A stretch of DNA of 63,997 bases, the filler included, from Stramenopiles sp. TOSAG23-2 (lineage: Eukaryota), in assembly GCA_900128395.1 (NCBI GenBank). It is 6 parts of 6 records of this genome, joined end to end, with 100 filler letters (N's around TTAATTAATTAA, not from the genome) between each part and the next. Parts side by side here need not be neighbours in the genome. Positions count along the whole stretch, not along the records: positions 54,198 to 63,997 come from LT650073.1; 5 more parts are not named here. One strand, given 5' to 3'. Position numbers and translations under genes: made by a program. Within the stretch, counting starts at the first letter, position 1, and every line of letters begins with the position of its first letter. This document shows, piece by piece, positions 58,705-63,997 of the stretch. The notes under the pieces were generated by a model. That model made no database searches. It had not been told where the DNA came from and worked only from the letters and a program-made list of their open reading frames with translations.

Positions 58705-59105
58705 GATGTTTTGTAGTTATCTATTTCTACCTATCTTCTATCTATTTGTATGTCTCTAATCTCTATATATTACTTATCATTCTGTCTATCTATCTATCTA
58801 TCTAGTGGTGTATTATTATTATTATATAATATAGTATTATTATTACGTTTTGTAAAAAAAAAAATGCTTCTCATATTATAATAAAATAAAAAAAATTATC
58901 ATATATATAATATGATGACACATTAAAAAACACTCGTATCTCGTATATACTAGTAACTCAAAAAAAATACGTATAATATTATACCTATGTGTGTACACCA
59001 CACGAAGTTTTTTTAATCTCTATAAATATATAACACTATATTAATATAATCGGATGTTTGCAAAAAAAATGTTTTTTTTTTCCTTTTTTTCTTTCTCAGC
59101 TCTTT

Positions 59106-60896
59106 TTATAAACGTGCTCCGACACTTGTAATCTTTTGATACGCTGCCATATCCATTAATTTATACACTCCTTTCTCCAAATAATAAATTTGATCGCTAA
59201 CTTTAACAGGATCTATACCATCATTCCTCATTTGTACTTTTTGATGTTTAAAGGTTCCAGTAATTTGCATTTGTGGCAATATTCTTAAGAAAACAGGAAC
59301 GGAATAAGACGGTAAAGAACTACTAGCATGTGTATAAAAACGTTGCAAATTTTCCGCGGATGTATCGGGCATGATCATCGCACAACACCCAGCCCTACCA
59401 TCTTCATTGTTGGGTATTTGAACTCCATATACATTGACTTCATCAACATTTGGAAATTTTGCTAATTCGGTTGCAACTTCAGCAGTGCTTACATTTTCTC
59501 CTTTCCATCTGAATGTATCGCCAATACGATCAACAAAATATACCCAGTTTTTTTCATCTACTTTCATCAAATCACCTGTTCTTGTAAACATATCTCCAGC
59601 TTCAAATACATTTTCAAGCAACTTTTTTTTTGTAGCTTCTTTATTTGTATAACCTACAAATTCAGTCTCACCTTTAATCACTTTTACTACCATTTCCCCA
59701 GGTTCATTTACATCAGCTTTAATACAGTATCCATTGCTATCGCGTATTAATTCATCTTTTTCCACATCATATTTTAAAAACATTATGTTTTCATTTGTTA
59801 ATTGTCCAACACTGCCATAACCATCATAATTCCCTTTTTTCAAATTATCTAGGAAAATATAGTTTTGAAATCCGCCTGTACCTTCCGTGGATCCATAAAA
59901 TTCAACTATGATATCCACTCCAAAACGTATCTGGAACGTATCCCAATATTCTGGTCTCAATCCATTGCCAATCATGAATCTTAACGTATTTTCATCATCA
60001 TTTGCTTCTTCAGGGATTGATAAGATATAACGAGCAAGTTCACCAATATATTGACCAATTGTAACTTTGTATTTACGTATATCGCTTAACCAATTCTTTG
60101 CACTGAATTTTTTTCGAATCACATAAGTTAAACCAGCACAAACTACATATCCAATTCCAATCATACCAGCAGCACTATGATACAATGGCATCCCACCTCC
60201 ATATCCAACATCCGTATCGGAAAATAATGCTTGACCCCCGATACCAATATTGCAATATTTAAGATGTTGTATAATTGAAGCTTTTGGTAAACCAGTCGTT
60301 CCAGATGTGTAAATATAACACATCGTATCTGTATATTTCACACCTTTTCGATATGTATTAGAAAATGTTGTTGTCGGCTGTACAAATAATTCGCCATCGA
60401 TAGAACGACAAAAATTACATGTGCCACTCATTATGATTTGCTCAATACCATTCATTGTCAAATCTCTTGCAACATCTTTAACGACATTGGTCAATTCAGC
60501 TCCAAATATGACCATTTTTGCTTGCGAGACACTTATGGAATGAACTAATGGTGCTAATTTAATGGTATTATTTATCCATGCTGTTATGATTCCCAGCTTT
60601 GCAAATCCAAGCCATAATGCAACAAACTCCGGACGATTTTCAAAGAACAGTGCAACTGTATCTCCCTTTTTTAATCCTTGTTCCAAAGCCCAATGTGCAA
60701 CTTGATTTGCAATTGCATCAACATTGTTAAATGTCAATGCACGTGGTGGAAAATTATTCTCTGGGTCTCCAAGATAATGAAAACAAATTTTATCTTTTTT
60801 TTTCGCAACAGTTTCCTCCCATTGTTCGGCAATTGAATATGTTTCAGCATTTTTACGTGCTTGTATCATTTGTTGCACTTTATCAGCAGCGGCCAT
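59106..60896 (-). CDS. FATP/SLC27-type very-long-chain acyl-CoA synthetase, PTS1 (ARL)
   Basis: YIYTSGTTGLPKA, EFYGSTEG, FVDRIGDTFRWKGENVST, ITGTFKHQK. Confidence 0.95.
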   Translation of the reverse strand: MAAADKVQQMIQARKNAETYSIAEQWEETVAKKKDKICFHYLGDPENNFPPRALTFNNVDAIANQVAHWALEQGLKKGDTVALFFENRPEFVALWLGFAKLGIITAWINNTIKLAPLVHSISVSQAKMVIFGAELTNVVKDVARDLTMNGIEQIIMSGTCNFCRSIDGELFVQPTTTFSNTYRKGVKYTDTMCYIYTSGTTGLPKASIIQHLKYCNIGIGGQALFSDTDVGYGGGMPLYHSAAGMIGIGYVVCAGLTYVIRKKFSAKNWLSDIRKYKVTIGQYIGELARYILSIPEEANDDENTLRFMIGNGLRPEYWDTFQIRFGVDIIVEFYGSTEGTGGFQNYIFLDNLKKGNYDGYGSVGQLTNENIMFLKYDVEKDELIRDSNGYCIKADVNEPGEMVVKVIKGETEFVGYTNKEATKKKLLENVFEAGDMFTRTGDLMKVDEKNWVYFVDRIGDTFRWKGENVSTAEVATELAKFPNVDEVNVYGVQIPNNEDGRAGCCAMIMPDTSAENLQRFYTHASSSLPSYSVPVFLRILPQMQITGTFKHQKVQMRNDGIDPVKVSDQIYYLEKGVYKLMDMAAYQKITSVGARL

Positions 60897-61495
60897 GTTG
60901 TCGTCGTTATTGTTTCTATTTTTTATTGTATGTGTATATATGTATATATGTATTGAAATTAATAATATAGTTTAAATTTGTTTACAGGATTGTAATAATG
61001 TTTCTTATGTATATAGTACTTACATTATTATTATCATTCATATATATGTTAAATATGATTTATAAAAAAAGATATAATAATAATAATAAAATTAATTCAT
61101 CAACAAGACGAGAAGTGTTTTTACGATATTTAAGGATTTACGATATTTAAGGATTTTCATCGATTTTTGTGTACCTATTTAGTATACAAATAGCACTTAA
61201 TGTCATTTACGAGTATATCCTCAGTCAACTTTTCCATAAAAAAAGATTTTTTTCAATATCAAATGAACAAATGACACCATACAGTAATTTATACTTGAAA
61301 GGGAAATTAGAATATCAGAAATCGATTTTTTTTTGCTGCTAAAATCGGGGCACCAAATACATAAGGCCAGAAGGCGGCTGGAAGGCACACAAAAACGTTA
61401 TAAAAAATAAAACTAATTTAAATATTTTTTTTTAATTTTTTCAAGAAAGGTACATATAGACGACAGATAAATACATACATAGAAAAGATGCAAAG

Positions 61496-61732
61496 ATGTC
61501 GAAATTAAAAGTAGAAACATTGACATCCGGTGATGGAATTAATTATCCGAAGGAAGGCCAATCGGTGACGGTACATTATTGTGCATATATTGGATCAGAA
61601 TGCAAACAAAATGCCAAATTTGACAGTACGAGAGATCGAGGGAAACCGTTTAAATTTAAATTAGGTGTTGGCCAAGTGATCAAAGGTTTAGATGATGGGA
61701 GTAATATAATAATAAAAGATGATGAATATTGA
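61496..61732 (+). pseudogene. FKBP12-type peptidyl-prolyl isomerase, N-terminal two thirds only
   Basis: GDGINYPKEGQSVTVHY...KFDSTRDRGKPFKFKLGVGQVIKGLDDG, then similarity stops at about 61700. Confidence 0.8.
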
Positions 61733-62538
61733 TTGGATCATTTTGTATGTGTGTATTTGTGTGGGGGGAGTATATATAATTTATTTGAATGATTATACAA
61801 AATCACTTCGTCAATCAATCAATCTATATACTTTTGTTGTATTTCAAATAATCTTACATGTGATCGCAGAGGTTCGATGGATACGATGTCTTTTCACATT
61901 TAAACATATTATATATATATATATTGGCCAATCACAAAACAACATAAAAACGGCGTGAAAAGCTGGTTTGCGGATTATGTTTCCAATAGTGTGTAGTTTT
62001 AAAAAATTGACAGTGCTATTCGCCTATTAGCTCTTACTGTAGCTCTTACTGAATCGTTATATTATTATACAAAACTTTTTTTTGCTGGTGGTGGTTTGCT
62101 GGTTTGCACGTTTGCACGTTTGCCCACTTGATACATATATGTGCCCTCACTGCCTGAATGGACTGTGGTGGTGGGACACTTTGTTCCACTATTTCCTTGC
62201 TCAATGCGGGTACGTGTTGGTTGCTCGCATTCATATCGACCATGGCCAATCGAGGCTGGTTACCAAACAGCATTTCTTTGACCAACTGTTGGGCGCACAC
62301 TGGGCGGTATTTCATTGATGAGTTTGAGTGAAAAATCCCACCATTTGAAATTTATTAATGCGCACATTTATAAACTTTGGTATTTTAAAAAATATATACT
62401 CTCTCTACTTTTAATTTTATTAGAGACTCTAAAATAATTTTTTTTTAAAATAAAAAAATTTAATAATATTACGTTTTCGAACGTTAAAATTTTTGTTATT
62501 TTTACGTTTTTACGACGCTCTCAAATACCTCAAACTGT

Positions 62539-63837
62539 TCAATACAAATTGCTAAAACGACGTACGCTCCCATCATCCCCACAACTGAATACATCTTTAT
62601 CAATAACATCAAAATCCAAAACAATATTTGTATGACCTGTCAATTTTTTCACTTCATCCCCGGTTCTAGAATCCCATATACGTACGGTTTGATCGACGGA
62701 ACAACTTGCTAATAATGGTGGATTACCACTTAAGAATTTTGCTTTAATAATACCAGCATCATGCCTACATTCAAAACGTACATTTGTTGTTTGTAAATCC
62801 CAAACTTTTAACAAACCGGCACTTCCACCAGTTAAACACCATGGCATTGAATTTGAAAAATTCACTGCTTCAACTGTATGTCCTAATAATGCACCTTCCC
62901 GGCGATGTGCTAATGTACTTAAACATTTTTTATTTTGTACATGTGCTAAACGACAACTTCCATCAATACTACCAGTCAAAATCAAATCACTTGTTTGGTT
63001 TACAGCTAATTGTACAATTGCACTGCCATATTCATGCCATGCTGATGAATCACCTTTACATGTTTTGCGATTAAATGCATGGCGACATTTTCCAGTTTTT
63101 GGAGCCCAAATTCTTACAGTACCATCAGCACAACCAGTAACAACACCTTTACCATTTGGTAAAAATTGACCACACGTAACAGCATCTTCATGCCCAGCAA
63201 ATACTTGCATACATCGACCACTACCAGTACCAGCCATCCACATCCAAACCGTCGTATCTACTGAACCGGCTAAAACAACATTTCCTTTAGGATGCCATGA
63301 GATAAATTCAATATCTTCCCCAGGACCTTCTAATGTTTCTATTAATTTGCCAGGTTCTTCAACACTCCAAATTTTTACAGTTGCATCCATGGATCCAGTA
63401 GCAGCTAATTTACCATCATTATTAAATGCTACGGATGAAACTGTATCTGTATGACCTTGCAATTTAATCGATTTATTATTATCATCTGGAAACCATAAAT
63501 ATGCATTGTCATCACCACCTCCACTTAAAACAACTTTATTATTTGTTTCTATATTTTTAAACGATGCAACTGCATATACTTCCGCTTCATGTTGTAAAAA
63601 TTGACTAGTTGATATATCTTCAACACCTTTTGCATCTTCTTCTTGTTCTTTTTCTTCCTGTGCTTTTAATATCTTTTCTTCTTCTGTCAATTCATCTTCT
63701 TCCTCGTCATCGTCGTCGTCCCCTTTACCCTCATTGTCATTATTATTATTATTTTCATCCAAATAAACAATATTTTCAACATCATCTTCATTTAAATTAG
63801 CTGCAACATCATTTAAATCAATTCCATCTTTTGACAT
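62539..63837 (-). CDS. AAMP: WD40 ribosome-assembly chaperone AAMP/SQT1-like
   Basis: Acidic N-terminus, SGGGDDNAYLW, WHPKGNVVLAGSVDTTVWMW, CMQVFAGH; start placed at MSKDG although the frame is open to the window end. Confidence 0.85.
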   Translation of the reverse strand: MSKDGIDLNDVAANLNEDDVENIVYLDENNNNNDNEGKGDDDDDEEEDELTEEEKILKAQEEKEQEEDAKGVEDISTSQFLQHEAEVYAVASFKNIETNNKVVLSGGGDDNAYLWFPDDNNKSIKLQGHTDTVSSVAFNNDGKLAATGSMDATVKIWSVEEPGKLIETLEGPGEDIEFISWHPKGNVVLAGSVDTTVWMWMAGTGSGRCMQVFAGHEDAVTCGQFLPNGKGVVTGCADGTVRIWAPKTGKCRHAFNRKTCKGDSSAWHEYGSAIVQLAVNQTSDLILTGSIDGSCRLAHVQNKKCLSTLAHRREGALLGHTVEAVNFSNSMPWCLTGGSAGLLKVWDLQTTNVRFECRHDAGIIKAKFLSGNPPLLASCSVDQTVRIWDSRTGDEVKKLTGHTNIVLDFDVIDKDVFSCGDDGSVRRFSNLY

Positions 63838-63997
63838 ATTTTTCACTGCCTTTTCTGCTATTGATGCATCGTGTGCATCTTCTGCGTTGCCTAAGTTTGT
63901 CAATTCTGTTTTATAAAATGATTCTAAATCTTTTCCCCGTGGCCATTTTCCTAACATTTCTTCATATACTTTTTCAAATGTTAATTTTGATTTATAT

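Noticed and set aside
61700-61960. Intron in FKBP starting at GTAATA
   Set aside because: No downstream exon encoding the FKBP C-terminus (MSxG...YAYG) is found before the next gene; truncation or chimera is more likely
825-63800. Numerous short antisense or overlapping ORFs in the ORF track
   Set aside because: Shadows of real genes or translations of (AT)n/(AAT)n microsatellites with no family motifs

Overview
AT-rich, essentially intron-free eukaryotic sequence, not prokaryotic. The flagellar gene CFAP70, poly-Asn tracts and a selenoprotein fit a heterotrophic marine flagellate such as a stramenopile, though taxonomy is inference only. The window is six unrelated contigs (1-10780, 10881-21644, 21745-32479, 32580-43298, 43399-54097, 54198-end) joined by artificial 100-bp N44-TTAATTAATTAA-N44 spacers, so synteny across spacers is meaningless. 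It shows many inversion/deletion chimeras and 50-160 bp tandem duplications typical of amplified single-cell or co-assembled data. About 25 genes or gene pieces are recognisable: POP1, nitronate monooxygenase, CFAP70, ABCB half-transporter, DENN-PPR protein, M20D amidohydrolase, VAP/MSP, TMA7, PKG pieces, FATP, SDR, AAMP/SQT1 and others. Best observations: (1) a hidden selenoprotein MsrB, with an in-frame UGA at the catalytic Cys position and an atypical SECIS in the 3' UTR; (2) a 1573-aa PDZ + BolA + ~13 IQ protein with an AP2-like domain nested inside the BolA fold; (3) a bacterial-type PseG hydrolase fused to a eukaryotic BolA; (4) a long-TIR foldback MITE inserted at TA in a 109-bp tandem array that preserves its empty site; (5) two recurrent intergenic motifs, AGTGCTA near 5' ends and TACGAG near 3' ends.
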